Source: Octopus vulgaris
Taxonomy: Eukaryota
Assembly (NCBI GenBank): GCA_951406725.2
Contig: OX597824.1
Span: forward strand, 69,440,001 to 69,504,000
Length of the DNA: 64,000 nt
Direction of reading: 5' to 3'
Shown: positions 28,237-44,899 of the stretch, piece by piece
Numbering within the stretch: position 1 is the first letter of the stretch
Layout: every line of letters begins with the position of its first letter
Made by a program: the position numbers and the translations under genes
Notes under the pieces: generated by a model
What the model saw: only the letters and a program-made list of their open reading frames with translations
The model's database searches: none
What the model was told of the DNA's origin: nothing

Positions 28237-30410
28237 GTTTATCATTTAAGTATATATGAGCATGTCTAGACATGCAACTATATGCATGAGAATACATGCA
28301 TAAATCAAAATATACAAATCTGCACATATGCATACATACATATAAGTATGCACCGATACATACATGCATACGTACATACATACATACATACAAAAACATT
28401 TTGCTGATGTTGAAATCTCAATTAAGGAGTCTTGAAAAAATGTTAGAATATGGCTCTTTATTGGCATGAAATCTTGAAATAAAACTGAATAATGACATAC
28501 ATACATGCATGCATACATGCATATATATATACATATATACATACATACATACATACACACATACATTCATATATACTTGCATACATACATGCATACATAC
28601 ATACATACATACATACATACATACATACATACATACATACATACACGCATGCATACATACATATATACATACATACACACATACATACATACATACATAC
28701 ATACATAAATACATACATACATACGTACATACATACATTCAAATATACATACATACACACATACATACATACATACATACATACATTCATATATACATAC
28801 ATACACACAAACATACATACATACATACATATATACATACATACACACATACATACATACATACACACGTACACATACATACACACGCACACATGCATAC
28901 ATACATACATACATACATACATACATACATACATACATACATACATAGAAAAATATCTTCTTGACGTTGATATTTCAATGAGGAAGCCTTGGATCTAGGT
29001 TCGCAAACGGCTCTTTCTCTATTGGCTGGAAACCTTGAAATAAAACTGAATAACGACATACATACATATATTAGCTGATTCGAAGACTACAATTCCAAGC
29101 CATCACCGGAACTGTAAGAATCTGTAAAACGTTCCAGAAGTTTATCATTTAAGTATGCATGAACATGTCTAGATATGCAACAATGTGCATGAGACTACAT
29201 GCATAAAACAAGACATACAAATCTCCACATATACGTGCATTCATTCATACATACATAAAAAAATATCCTGTTATTGAAATTCTAGGTTAGAAAGCGGCTC
29301 TTTCTCTACTGGCAAGAAATTTTGAAATAAAACTGGATAATGGCATGCATATATACATACATACATACATACATACATACATACATACATACATACATAC
29401 ATACATACATACATACATACATACATACATACATACACACATGGATACATACATACATACATACATACATACATACACACATACATACATACATACATAC
29501 ATACATACATACATACATACATACATACACACATACATACATACATACATACATACATACATACATACATACATACATACATACATACATACATACATAC
29601 ATACATAAACTGATTCGATGACTACAGCTCCAAGTCATCACTGCAACTGTAAAAATCTGTGAAACTTACCTGAAGTTTATCATTTAAGTATATATGAGCA
29701 TGTCTAGATATGCAACTATATGTATGACAATATACACATAAAACAAAATATACAAATCTGTACATACGTACATACATATAAAAATACCATTGATGTTGTT
29801 GAAAAATACCCAGTGATGTTGTTCATTGAAATTCCAATAAAGGAGCCTTGGACTTAGGTTAGAAACCGGTTATGTTTCTATTGACAAGAAATGTAGAAAT
29901 GAAACTGAATAATAACTTACATACATAAATACATTTATTTTCTGCCTTTAACCCTCCAACGCGGAGTATAGGCCACTTATAGTTGAATTCCATGTCGCAT
30001 AATTTTTCGCTTCTGTACTTATACTCTGCCATGAATGTCCCCCTTTCTCTAGTTCCTTTTGTGTTGATCTACGCCACGAGTTCTTAGGCCTACCTTTCTT
30101 TCTATATCCATCCGGATTTGACTGTAAAGCACTTTTTGCTACATTTGGTGTGTCTTTTCTAATTGTGCTACCAATCCACTTCCACTTTTTCTTAAATATT
30201 TGCTCCCTACTCGAAACTTGATTTGTTCTTTGCCATAGCTCCATATTGCTTATGTGTTCGGGTCATCTAATTTACATACATAAAAATATACATACATAAA
30301 AATAGCCTGTTGGTGTAGTTGAAAGTGCAATGAAGGAGCCTTTGATCAAGAACCGGCTCTTTCTTTATTGGCAAGAAATCTTGAAATAAAGCTGAATAAT
30401 GACATATATA
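28237..30410 (+). repeat. Complex tandem array of three unique modules separated by (TACA)n
   Basis: Module X (GTTGAAATTCCAATGAAGGAGCC..GAAATAAAACTGAATAAT) at ~28409, 28966, 29271, 29827 and 30318, plus a dispersed copy at 19958. Module Y (GTTTATCATTTAAGTAT..AAATCT) at ~28237, 29140, 29674. Module Z at ~29075, 29610. Confidence 0.85.
29930..30271 (-). mobile_element. RTE-clade LINE, 3'-terminal fragment
   Basis: ORF 29948-30244: ISNMELWQRTNQ..KWKWIG..RK..AL..NPDGYRKKGRPKNSWRR..W, the typical RTE C-terminus. Possible TSD TTACATACATAAA at 29917-29929 and 30272-30284. Confidence 0.85.
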
Positions 30411-30764
30411 CTTACAACGAAGTTATTCACCATGTCTATCAACCAAATATACTAATAATGATTTGATCGACCTAGAGTTATAGTAGAAGACACTTGTTCA
30501 AGGTGCCACGCAATGAAGCTGAACCCGAAACCATAGGCTTGCAACGCAAGCTTCTGTATCACACATCTGTCTTCACCTAAAACTATTAAGTAGCCGCAGT
30601 GGGATGGTTTATAAATTAACGACTGTGGGTCGCTAAAATCAAAGACAGCCCTCGGTTTGGATTTTAAACTGCATTTGCCTCATTTCTATACAAAACATAT
30701 CGAAATAATTTGTACAGTGGGCTACTCCGCATTATTCCTCGGATTTTGTGGTATAGATATTCCT

Positions 30765-31368
30765 CCGTGGACGGGACACCGGTCCGTGACAGGATTACTC
30801 CTTTTTATCAACTGGATGGACTAGGGCAACGTGAATGAAGACTTTTATTCAAGAACACAACTCAACACCCGATACAGGAATCGAAACCACAACCTTACAA
30901 TCATGAGTCCAGCACCCCTAATCCCTAAGACATGTACCACTCTAACTAAATTCTGTGAAGCGAATACATTCTTCCCTCATACACCAAGAAATAGGGTAAA
31001 GGGTAAAGACCCCTCCCTTCGGTAATGAATGACCATGGGATTACACCTAGAAAGATACCCACCGAGGCACAAGTCTGGGCAAGACTGCTTCGGTAATGAA
31101 TGACCATGGGATTACACCTAATAAGATACTCTCCCAGGCACAAGTCTGGGCAAGACTGCTTATGGAAGACTAGCAGTTACCCATGCATGCCAGCCTCCCC
31201 TCAGCACCAGTGACATCGTTGTAACTCATTTCTACAGCTGAATGAACTGGAGCAATGTGAAATAAAGTATCTTGCTCAAGGACACAACACACAATCGGAT
31301 CCGGTAATCCAAATCACTATCTCATGATTGTGAGCTCGACACTCCAGCCACTGGGCCATGCGCCTTCA
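30765..31368 (-). mobile_element. Two SINE family C-type copies (30765-30930; 31005-31368, the latter with a ~70-bp internal duplication)
   Basis: Heads ..GAATCGAAACCAC.. and ..CCACTGGGCCATGCGCCTTCAC; CTTCGGTAATGAATGACCATGGGATTACACCTA occurs twice (~31017, ~31088). Confidence 0.7.
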
Positions 31369-31657
31369 CCACCCAATAAAATAATGATTAAATAGGTTGA
31401 CTGAAAGCCAGAAACTAGCTTCGAGGTAGGAAATGGAAGATTACATCAGATCTTAGCACATGGCAGGTATTTTAATTTACCGATTCCGAGAAGGATGAAA
31501 GGTAAGCCACAATCTGGACCTTAACCACGACCGCTACCGCAACCTCGGACGCAGTTTGAATTGAAATTGCAGAGGATCGGTATTAAAACACTGCATCGCA
31601 CTTTGTTCGACGCACAAATAATATTCTGCTAAACCACTACCAATTGTACGTACCATA

Positions 31658-31746
31658 ATGATGATGATGATGATGATGTCGTCGGTGGTAGTATGATTAT
31701 CAGTTTCATCATCACCCACATCTTCATATTTATCACCATCGTTCTT

Positions 31747-31815
<69 letters not shown>

Positions 31816-31881
31816 GTCGTCGTCGTCGTCATCATCATCATCATCATCATCACCATCATCATCATCACCATCATCATCACC

Positions 31882-31913
<32 letters not shown>

Positions 31914-31945
31914 CATCGTCATCATCATCATCATCATCACAATCA
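31658..31945. repeat. (ATC)n/(GAT)n microsatellite
   Basis: Read directly; explains the poly-D/M/I ORFs. Confidence 0.95.
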
Positions 31946-32072
31946 CCTTGACTATCATTATCAAACACACCACTACAAATGTCGATATAAGATATCCACA
32001 CATACATACATAATACACATCCACATACACACACACACGCATACACACATACACACATATATAAATATACAT

Positions 32073-32121
<49 letters not shown>

Positions 32122-32749
32122 TACATATATATGTATATATGCATAGATATAAAAATAGGTATATGAATATGAATATCGATATAAATATAAATGTATATAT
32201 ATATATATATTCATATACACACGCACACACTTAACTACTGCTGTTTGGGTTCTCCTCCTCCTCCTCCCCCAATACTACATCATTATCATCATCATCATCA
32301 TCATCATCATCATTACCATCATCATGTTAATGATAATGTCACTGCCGTTATTGCCTATGTAAACGCCAGTGACGAATCCTGAACTAACACTTTCGAATGA
32401 GGAGCAAAAATTATAAGAATCACTAAAAAAAAAAAAACTAAACAAAAGCACATAAAAATAAAACAACTACAACATAGAAAACAAACACCAAAAAATACAA
32501 AAAAACCCCCACCCCAAACTGCAAGATATAATTGATAAAGTATGAAAATAGTGGAAATAATTCTACGTGATGTGGGATTGTGGGATTGTAAATGCTACTG
32601 GAATGGCATTTTTTCTTCACACTTGTTGCATATCTTTTATTTATAGTTTTTTTTTGTTTTTCTTATACATTATAAATGTTGGACTATGTGTGAAAGATTA
32701 CACACGCAAGAAGCATAACCAATTATTCAATAATGAATACACACATAGT

Positions 32750-35240
<2,491 letters not shown>

Positions 35241-35384
35241 GAGGGAGAGAGACAGCGAAACATATAAGATGCCTACAGCTATCAACATTTTACATTTCTA
35301 AGTTCTAACATAGATCTGAAATCGCTATCAATGTTTGAAAATAAGATGCCAATAACAAAATAACGGCCATTAATATACCTCCTA

Positions 35385-35510
35385 AGACAAGGTCGACCCC
35401 GCCGTTCGTCCTTTTGTGGTCGATAATGTAAGTACCACTTGAATGCTGGGGCGATGTAATCGGCTTACCCCTTACAGAAATTGCTGGCACTGTATCAATA
35501 TTTGAAACCA
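35385..35510 (+). mobile_element. SINE family B 3' half
   Basis: GGTCGATAATGTAAGTACCA..GGGGCGATGTAATCGGCTTA..AAATTGCTGGC..TTTGAAACC. Confidence 0.7.
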
Positions 35511-35637
35511 ATATATCTCTTATGATATGTTACTTTAAAATGTACATCATAAAGCAACTAACATATGTGTCTTTAGACAGCAAAAAAAGTAGCATATATT
35601 TGAATGTTATCATAAGGACACAGACACACACACACAG

Positions 35638-35681
<44 letters not shown>

Positions 35682-35806
35682 GCATGCATGTACGTATACG
35701 AGAGGTTGTTGATAATTTACTGGCTTTAAGGGTTTCGCAAAAGGCCTGGCTGAAGGCTCAACCTTTCGAGTTATTTTATGGGGCTTAGAAAAACTGAAGG
35801 ATTTCT

Positions 35807-35850
<44 letters not shown>

Positions 35851-36045
35851 AATCCTAATATGAACGAGCATGAAAAAACAGTGGAATAAGCACAGTGTTA
35901 TTGGACGCTCAGGAAAGGAAAGGAAAGAAAGAGGATTACACTTTTTCGAGCGGAGATCTTCGTCAGAAATATAGAAAAAGTCCAAAGGAGAGAAAACGGA
36001 GAAAGAAAATCGCCAACGATGCACACGCCTTCATATATTGAAATA

Positions 36046-36153
<108 letters not shown>

Positions 36154-36436
36154 CAGAGAGAGAAGGGGATTAGATAGATAGATAGTAAGAAAAGAGAGAA
36201 AGAGTATTTCTCCACGTGGTGAGCAGCAATGCAAAAATATACTGTATATATAATAGAAGGAAAATGCACACAGTTTACATAGTTTTAATATATCTTAAAT
36301 GAAAATGTATTGTGGTTGCCGATTGGTTTTTATTTCACTGATAATGACATTAAAATTACTTTAATTTCGTATTTCTTAAGATTTTAGTCCATATTCTTGT
36401 ATATAGGCTATATCGTTCGAAATACATGCATCTGAA

Positions 36437-36856
36437 AATACCTATTTCTTTACTACCCACAAGGGGCTAAACACAGAGGGGACAAACAAGGACAGACAAA
36501 CGGATTAAGCCGATTACATCGACCCCAGTGCGTAACTGGTACTTTATTTATCGACCCGAAAGGATGAAAAGCAAAGTCGACCTCGGCGGAATTTAAACTC
36601 AGAACGTAGCTGCAGACGAAATACCTATTTCTTTACTACCCACAAGGGGCTAAACACAGAGAAGACAAACAAGGACAGACAAACAGATTTAGTCGATTAT
36701 ATCGACCCCAGTGCGTAACTGGTACTTTATTTATCGACCCGAAAGGATGAAAAGCAAAGTCGACCTCGGCGGAATTTAAACTCAGAACGTAACGGCAGAC
36801 GAAATACGGCTACGCAATTCACGCGGCATGCTAACGTTTCTGCCAGCTCGCTGCCT
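36437..36856 (-). mobile_element. SINE family B subfamily with Tx1-type tail, as a head-to-tail dimer (one full copy plus a ~184-bp repeat of its 3' part)
   Basis: 36437-36620 and 36621-36806 are near-identical; the tRNA head is present only at ~36807-36856. Confidence 0.9.
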
Positions 36857-36879
36857 TACAACAACAACAATAATAATGA

Positions 36880-37328
36880 TTTTATTTATTTGTCGAAAGG
36901 CGAAAGATGAGGGGGACAATACAAAGACAGACATACACTGGGGGGGGGGGTTACATATAATGAAATGATGGGAAAAATAAAAAGAAAAGAAGTAAGTACA
37001 CACTGGAAAGGAAGGAACATATGCATAGCATACAAAGGTTTATAAAAGAAAGAAAAAAACAGTGGCAAGGAGGGTGATAGAGATGTGGCCCACCTGATAC
37101 TGGATGGCTTCTTAGGAAAATCGAGGATCCGCACTGTCCGAGATTTCTCTAAAACTGCAGGGCAAGCGTCCTCACCGACTCACCGGTCTACACTTAGGGT
37201 GATACCATTCACTCTTACCATTTTCGCAACTTTCACCCACCTTTCAATAAACTCCCTCGAGGACAGCACTTTCCTCTCCATTCTGAATTTCCGTTTCAAG
37301 TGAAACCTGAAGAACTCAATGAGAGCCC
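36880..37328 (-). mobile_element. Tx1/L1-clade LINE 3' fragment (a second 3' UTR remnant follows at ~37335-37460)
   Basis: Minus strand RALIEFFRFHLKRKFRMERKVLSSREFIERWVKVA matches SLINFFKYHLKRKVRIERQVLS of ORF 39582-39764. Confidence 0.8.
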
Positions 37329-38037
37329 TAATGATTTCATTTATTTGCCACCAGGGCAAAAGATAGAGTATGGGGGATTACATAAAATGAAATGATAAAA
37401 ATAAAAGAAAAACGCAAGTAAACACGATATACAATAAAAAATACAGAACATACAAGGGTTTTTAAAAAAACGTGGTGAGGATGATAGATATGTAGTCCTT
37501 AGTAACTGCTTCGATTTGTTCGTTTAAACCTTTGAAGGCGGTGCTCCAGCATGACCTCAATCCAGTGAGTGAAACAAGCAAATCAGTATAACAATAAAGG
37601 CAAGGAAATATCCTTCGACGTTCATCAATTGTCAAGTAACTACAGGCAGTTTTCCAGTTTTTCATCAGAAGTAAGGTTATCGAGCGTTTGGCTTTCGCGG
37701 GTTTTTCGTCAACTGCTGACGATGAAGCGGATGACTGTCAGCAAGTACAAGCCCAAGACTGCAGCAGTGAGTTAAAAGAGGACAATAAAGTGAATATAAG
37801 ATTTTTAAATGGAATATATTGAAGGATGGGTGGCAGAACAATTGTTTTAAAATGTCCTTCACGCTATAGAAGATTAATTATTTGCAATCAGTACTCAGTG
37901 TCCATACATATCGATCAATCGATCTATCAACGAATCATTCTATTTGTCAATCGATCAACAACACTTACCTTTCCCTGACTATCCATCTATATGTCTATCT
38001 ATCTATCTATCTATCTATTTTTCTTTCTATCTATCTA

Positions 38038-38105
<68 letters not shown>

Positions 38106-38782
38106 GGTCCCGGGTTGAGTCGGGGTTAACCACAGTAAATAAGGTACTCAATACATAGCAGAGTAAATTAATTTATTATGTAGAAGGAGCTTCTACAGGA
38201 CTAGAACTGTTTCATTCAAAAGAAATCATCAGGAAACTAGTAGACAAGAGTTGTTTTGGCATTTATACATTTAGGCAGGTTTAAATGGGTGGTGGTGGGG
38301 GACTTTTTTGGGGGTAGGCATGGCGCAAAACTGTCATTATTAGGGGAGTGGTCAAAGGAATCGGTGGTAAAGTAGATAAAAGAATAAATAAAATAAAAGA
38401 ATAAAAAAATAAATAGAAAAATAGAGTTTTAGGTAAGTAAGGAGACTCTCACTTGTACATCTACATATATATATACACATATCTACACCCACATATTCAC
38501 ATATATCTATACATATACATACATACCCACATATACATACATATATATATACATACATACACATACATATACATATACATATACATACATACCCACATAT
38601 ATATCAATTAAAACCAGTGGCTTAGCATATTTAGAAAATCCGAAGACTAGAAATTATATTACATACAAATTAAGAGGAATGACACCAAAGTGAATTCTTG
38701 AGAACACACTCTTCGTGGCAAGGGGATTTGACGTCTATGTTTAGCATATCCACTTTGGTGGTCATTCCCCTAAATTCGTATG

Positions 38783-38924
<142 letters not shown>

Positions 38925-40117
38925 GCGCAAACGTGCGCCGTGCCGGGTAGGAATATCCATGACAACCTCCATCCGATGCGCTACGTCATAGACAGGGTAG
39001 TTTACGAACCTGGCATGTGTGGGGCGCTGATTAATTTGGATCAATAAAAAGCTTTCCATAGTGTTGATCATTTTTACTTGGAGGTTGTCCTTAGAGCAGC
39101 TGGTTTCGGTCCCGTCTTCCGCGGTCGGCTCGCTTGCTTATACAGCGGCATCCGCTCAGTATTTCGCGTAAAAATGATCATCTAACCAGACCATTTAACA
39201 TCACGCGTTCTGTTCGTCAAGGATGCCCCCTCTTATCGCATCTGTACGTATTGAATATTGAGTCACTACTGCGGAAGCTGGCTATGCTAGGGGGGCATCC
39301 CGCGAGACCTAGGATGCGGGAAGACCGTGTCTGCGGACGTCATCACCGTGATAGTGTCATACCACAGGCACAGCGACCTGGTCGGCGAGACACTAAAAGA
39401 ATACGAAGCGGTAACGAGAACAAAAATTAACCGGGAAAACTCAATGGGCTTGCGGCTCGGCACCTGGAGAAGCAAGCCCATGCCGTCCAACAGCGTCTCC
39501 ATCGTGGGACGCTGAACCAACGGACCGCTTGACTAGCTCGGAGTTGCTCCGCCACCTTCCTTTAACTGGGAAGGCAAGGCAATGTTTATCGTACTGGTGG
39601 CCATATTGAAAAAATGTGTGTCGTGGACTCGAGCGAAAGGTTTAGAGACAAACACTTTCCTCTCTGGCCAATCGCTCATCAACTTTTTTAAGTACCACTT
39701 GAAAAGGAAGGTGAGAATAGAGAGGCAAGTTTTGTCTCTTGAAGTTTCGATAAAAGGTGGGTGAATGTAGCAGAGATGGTACGTGCGAATGACGAAACCA
39801 CTTTGAGCATGATTCTGTAAATCGAAAACAGAGAGAGAGAGATTACTTTGCTTTCATGTGTAAATTCCCTCCCTGTTGAGGTTACCGTGGTTTTTTTCCG
39901 TAGGCTTTTCTTTCCACGGATAAACCTAATCATTCTATTTTACATTTTTAATATTTACTGTGATACACGATCCCTTTTGAACGTTTCTCTTTTTCTCTTC
40001 ACGATCCCTTTTGATCGAAATATTATTTTTCTCCTTTTTTTTTCTAATTTCGAAAAGAAAAGCTCTACATTGTATTTTATCCCCTCTGTATTCGGCCCTG
40101 TGTGGCTAATAAAGAAA
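38925..40117 (+). mobile_element. 5'-truncated, internally deleted Tx1/L1-clade LINE (RT and C-terminus)
   Basis: [44 protein letters not shown], degenerate SADVIT (YADD position), YEAVTRTKINRENS; AATAAA in the 3' end; flanked by (ATCT)n. Confidence 0.88.
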
Positions 40118-40132
40118 CTTATCTATCTATCA

Positions 40133-40272
40133 ATGGCTGTGTGATAAGTAGTTTACTTCCCAATCACATAGTTCCGGGTTCAGTTCCACTGAACTGTAGC
40201 GTCGGACCGACTAAAGCCTTACGAATGTATTTGGGAGACGGAGACTGAAAGAAGCCTATTCTATGTGTATGC

Positions 40273-40304
<32 letters not shown>

Positions 40305-40591
40305 CTTAGATAAAACTTAGATATGTTTCGACCAAAGATTGGTCCAGGCCATGTCTAACTTAATAGCACCACCCGATAGGATTATTCGAATCCTGTATAT
40401 GTCAAGTTTTGTTTATGGTCCATTCAAGTAGTGAGTTTTTGTTGGGTGAGTTGTATCCAATTATGGGTGGCTTATCTGGTATTCTTTGAAGGAATCTATC
40501 CAGACTCCGTTTAAAGTTTATGGGATCCTTTTCCTCTTTGATCTCTTTCGGGACAATGTTAAATAAGGCATAAATAGGCATTAAATATATG

Positions 40592-40630
<39 letters not shown>

Positions 40631-40659
40631 GGATACACAGCTAGTAGACAGACAGAAAA

Positions 40660-40708
<49 letters not shown>

Positions 40709-40895
40709 CTGATGTATATGCATGTATGTGTGTGTGTGTGTATTTGTGTCTTCATGCCTGTGTTAGTCCTGTTTGTCCCTCGCTCTGCCAGTGCTTGACA
40801 ACCGGTGCTGGTGTGTTTACACCCCATAACTTAGCGCTTCATCAAAAGAGACATATAAATAAGTGCCAGACTGCATCTGGTGATTGAAACAAGGA
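40133..40895 (+). mobile_element. SINE family A split in its internal microsatellite by a CR1-like fragment
   Basis: Head at 40133-40260 and 3' half at ~40740-40895. Confidence 0.7.
40330..40575 (-). mobile_element. CR1-like LINE 3'-terminal fragment
   Basis: ALFNIVPKEIKEEKDPINFKRSLDRFLQRIPDKP, homologous to QLFNALPQ..FKMKL..IPDEP at ~59840-59950. Confidence 0.75.
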
Positions 40896-41074
40896 AATGA
40901 ATACTAAAAGGAATACATACACAATGTATGGTTACATACGTACATGCATACATGCACACATACATTCCTAAATACATACATACACTCACACACACACATA
41001 TATATACATATATATACACGTATAAATATATATATGTATGTATATATATATATATTTATATGTGTGTATGTATG

Positions 41075-41111
<37 letters not shown>

Positions 41112-41386
41112 TGAATATATGTACATGCAAAGACGCATACACCCACATATTTGTATATAGATTTAAATGCGGATGTGTCTCAATTTTACTTTTTTTTTTC
41201 ATAGTTTCCGTTACTCAGCACTTACCACACTGCTGCACCACCTTCAAGGTTATAATCGATTATATTGATCTCTGTACTTCGACTGGTAAATATACTTTAT
41301 CGATCTCACAAATGATCAAAGGCAAGTAATTATATATATGTGTGTACCTATGTTAATGCTTGTGTATGTGTGCTTACGTGTGTGGG

Positions 41387-41432
<46 letters not shown>

Positions 41433-41799
41433 TGTATATATATATATATATATATATATTGGTAGGTAGATATAGCTAGATAGATACACACGCAAGCACA
41501 CGCACACACATACATAAAAATATACCATTGACCTGAAGGATCACTCAATACCTCTAGTAGAAAACATGTTCATTACTTTTGAAAGAAATAGCTTGTCAGT
41601 AACTTCGAAGTTTCGGCCTACTTTCCTTCGTAACACTATTCACACATTTTTTCTCTCCTTGTTTTTTCTGTGTCCCTTTCTGTAGAAGAGCGTAGGCTCG
41701 AAACGTAAAAGACTTTTTTCTAATCCTGAGCGTTATACTAATACATCTGTTTGTTTTGTACACCACCTGTCTTCGTCTTTTGTTTCTTTCGTAAACTCT

Positions 41800-41853
<54 letters not shown>

Positions 41854-42359
41854 ACATATATACAGACGTTAATATATACATATATACATATACAGTAATA
41901 ATTATACCTCTATACGTACATGCATTGTGTTCGTTTTCCAACGACGTGGTTCTGGGTTCGATTTATTTCTTCTCTATTGTAAGTGTCACGTTGTATAGAC
42001 TCCGGAAGTTACGAACCTTGTAACCATACCATTGTTTAGAATCTAGTTATCGTCTAAAGTTTAGACAATAACTGTGTAGAAACCCGTCGGATGTATTATA
42101 CTTGTAATTCAAAACACAGGCTTGTCAAAAACTATATTACGCTGATTGTGCTAGAGAAAAACATTTATGGTACTCGTGTTTCTGAAATACTCAGTCACTT
42201 ACAAATTAATACAATGAGCAGGTAATTCAGTTCTTAACTAAGTGAATTGTAACCGCTATCGTCGAACACACATCGTGGAATCCGACGGAGGTCCAGAATT
42301 TTATATTTATTATCTCATAACGATACCAAAACAAGATTTTTAAATCCTACATCCAAATG

Positions 42360-42810
42360 TAATTTTAAATTTTCGACATGTGCCCCGTCTGTATCCCTGC
42401 AAACTTCAAATCTATTCTTCGCGTTGCGAAACAAATTTTGAAGCATTTCAAGAAATATCTCCTCTATGGCTAACTGAATGCGATCTTTAAGTTCAGCTAA
42501 ACTATTGCTCCATCATGGATATGGAAGTAGAGAATATATGATTGCCGCCAAATAGAGGAAAAAAGCTTTCGCGGACAGATAAGCAGGATCCAACAGAAAT
42601 AAAATTAAAATTCTAAAAGTAGGATTATAAAATTTATGAAATTAAAAATAAAATTCTAACAAAGCATAAAAGTTATAAAATTATAAAAATTTAAAATTTA
42701 TACAATTTTAACATGTATTAAACATGATAAACATAAATAAAAGTGAGTTTTTAAAAAATTGTCCGATTTCACAGAAATAGATAGGTAATTCTGGAATACC
42801 CTATGTATAT
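42360..42810 (-). mobile_element. Internally deleted Tc1/mariner-superfamily relic
   Basis: Minus strand 42365-42510 encodes NSLAELKDRIQLAIEEIFLEMLQNLFRNAKNRFEVCRDTDGAHVEN, a typical Tc1/mariner transposase C-terminus. Possible TIR remnant at ~42785-42807. Confidence 0.6.
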
Positions 42811-43201
42811 GTATATATTGTCCTTTTATTTAATCCTGAATATATATATATATATATATATAGTTAATCCAAACATGAAAGCACAAAAAACCTGCATGGT
42901 CAAAATGACTGAAACAAGTAAAGAATTAAAGAATAAAAGAATATATATATATATAGACGCACAAACATACTCATACATACATATATATCCTCGAAATACG
43001 TGAGTAGAAAACTAGCCAACAACTGATGAAGAGTCGTTCTTTATATTGTTTGTTTTGATTTCTATTTGTGTCGTTCGTTGTTCGAAAAAATAGTTCATAT
43101 TCCATGTACTCGTACTTCGTATTTTTTGTTGTACACGTTTCGTGAGGTCCTGTGCCCACATATGCATGTGCATATACGTATAGATGTATGTACATATACA
43201 A

Positions 43202-43237
<36 letters not shown>

Positions 43238-43611
43238 TACTGCATCTCTTTGCTTGTTGACAGGATCAACAGAAATGTGTTCAATTGAGCGAGACACAAA
43301 TGTCATTATATTATTTAAATTAATACGGGAGTCATACGTGAGCTATTCGGAATGTTATGCTTCGTATAGTTTAGTAATCGGACACGTTTCAATAGCGGAC
43401 ACTGCACTGTTCAGCAATCGTTCACGCGTAATAAGCTGTACAAGCCCGTCCGATTACTGCTCTCTCCAAGCATGAAACTTGAAGTAGCTCACGTGTAACT
43501 CTGCATTCATTAAATATACGCACACGCGTATATATATATATATATATATATATGCGTGTGTGTGTATATATATATATATGTATGTAAGTAAAGATATATA
43601 TGTATGTATGC

Positions 43612-43649
<38 letters not shown>

Positions 43650-43654
<5 letters not shown>

Positions 43655-43804
43655 CGACAGGTTTCTTTCAGCATCTCTCTGTCAAATTCACACAGAAGGC
43701 TATGGTCGGCAAGAGACTACTGGAGAAAACACTAGCCCAGGGTGCCACGCAGTGGGACACAAACCGGAACCATGTGGTTGTAAATGCACAGCCACGCCTG
43801 CCCC

Positions 43805-43805
<1 letters not shown>
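43650..43805 (-). mobile_element. SINE family A 5' half
   Basis: GGTGCCACGCAGTGGGAC..CCGGAACCATGTGGTT..CACAGCCACGCCTG. Confidence 0.75.
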
Positions 43806-43835
<30 letters not shown>

Positions 43836-44010
43836 CTCTGTAGTGTCTTGGGAGAGTCATTTTCTTTTTGTGCCTTATAATTTAACACACACACCGGTAA
43901 AATTTCCACTTATTTCTTATTTTTATTTTCCTAAATGTTTCGTTACGTGTTGCAACCTTTTCAATAATCTTGACTCACATAAAGAATTTTGCAAACCAAA
44001 TCCAAAAGCG

Positions 44011-44067
<57 letters not shown>

Positions 44068-44349
44068 CTTTATAATACACCTTCAACATCTTCAGCTTTC
44101 TTTACTCTGTTAACAATTAGGAATCCAGAAACATATGTTGCCTCTGGTGAAACAGCTGTTGCCTAGGATACCTGCTTTTGTGCGGTCTCTTGGGTACTTG
44201 TCTTCTACCATGACTAAATATTGACGAAACTTTTGAAAGTGAAATTATATTTACAGAAACTAGGTGGACGTCCGTTGGATGAAGCAGTTCAAGTCTTATA
44301 CGGTTAGCTTGCTTAAATACAACTTCCTGGACATTGTGTGCCTTCAATA

Positions 44350-44646
44350 CAGTGGTTCCCAAAGTAGGCATATTGCCTCCTTGGGAGCGGTAGAAAGTTC
44401 CAAAGAAAAGTGGGACGATAATGTGGTAGCGATTTATGTAAAGAGTGTGGCTATAATGGGGTGACGATTCATGTAAAAACAATAAAATAATGAGTTCATT
44501 AGGTTAAGTTTTATTTGTGAAATACAGGCGCTTTGAACTCGCTTCATAAAAATTCTCTGTTTGTGATGGTTAGTTGGGATGGGAACACTAACAATGGGGC
44601 CTGAGTGTCAAGTGAGTGGCAGCATGAAAAAGTTTGGGAACCTCTG
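44350..44646. mobile_element. hAT (Charlie-like) MITE, 297 bp
   Basis: TIRs CAGTGGTTCCCAAA and TTTGGGAACCTCTG (13/14 match). The 8-bp flanks CTTCAATA and ATTTAGTA match only 5/8, consistent with an old insertion. Confidence 0.75.
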
Positions 44647-44899
44647 ATTTAGTAGAGTTCGCAATATTGCAAGCATTCTGGTCAGGCTGCAAATCTGCAG
44701 ATAACCTGTCCCCTTCTTATCATGACTAGTGTGGGTAAAGGAGAAAGCTTTATATATACTGCCTTCCTCCGTTGACTAAACCTTAGAGCCCTCACTTTTT
44801 ATCGATTCTATTTTGTTTCCTTTTCGTTGACAGCAAACGGTCGAATATTCTAGACGTTAAGGATTCTTAATCATCGCACTTCATCTGCTTTTAAACAAA

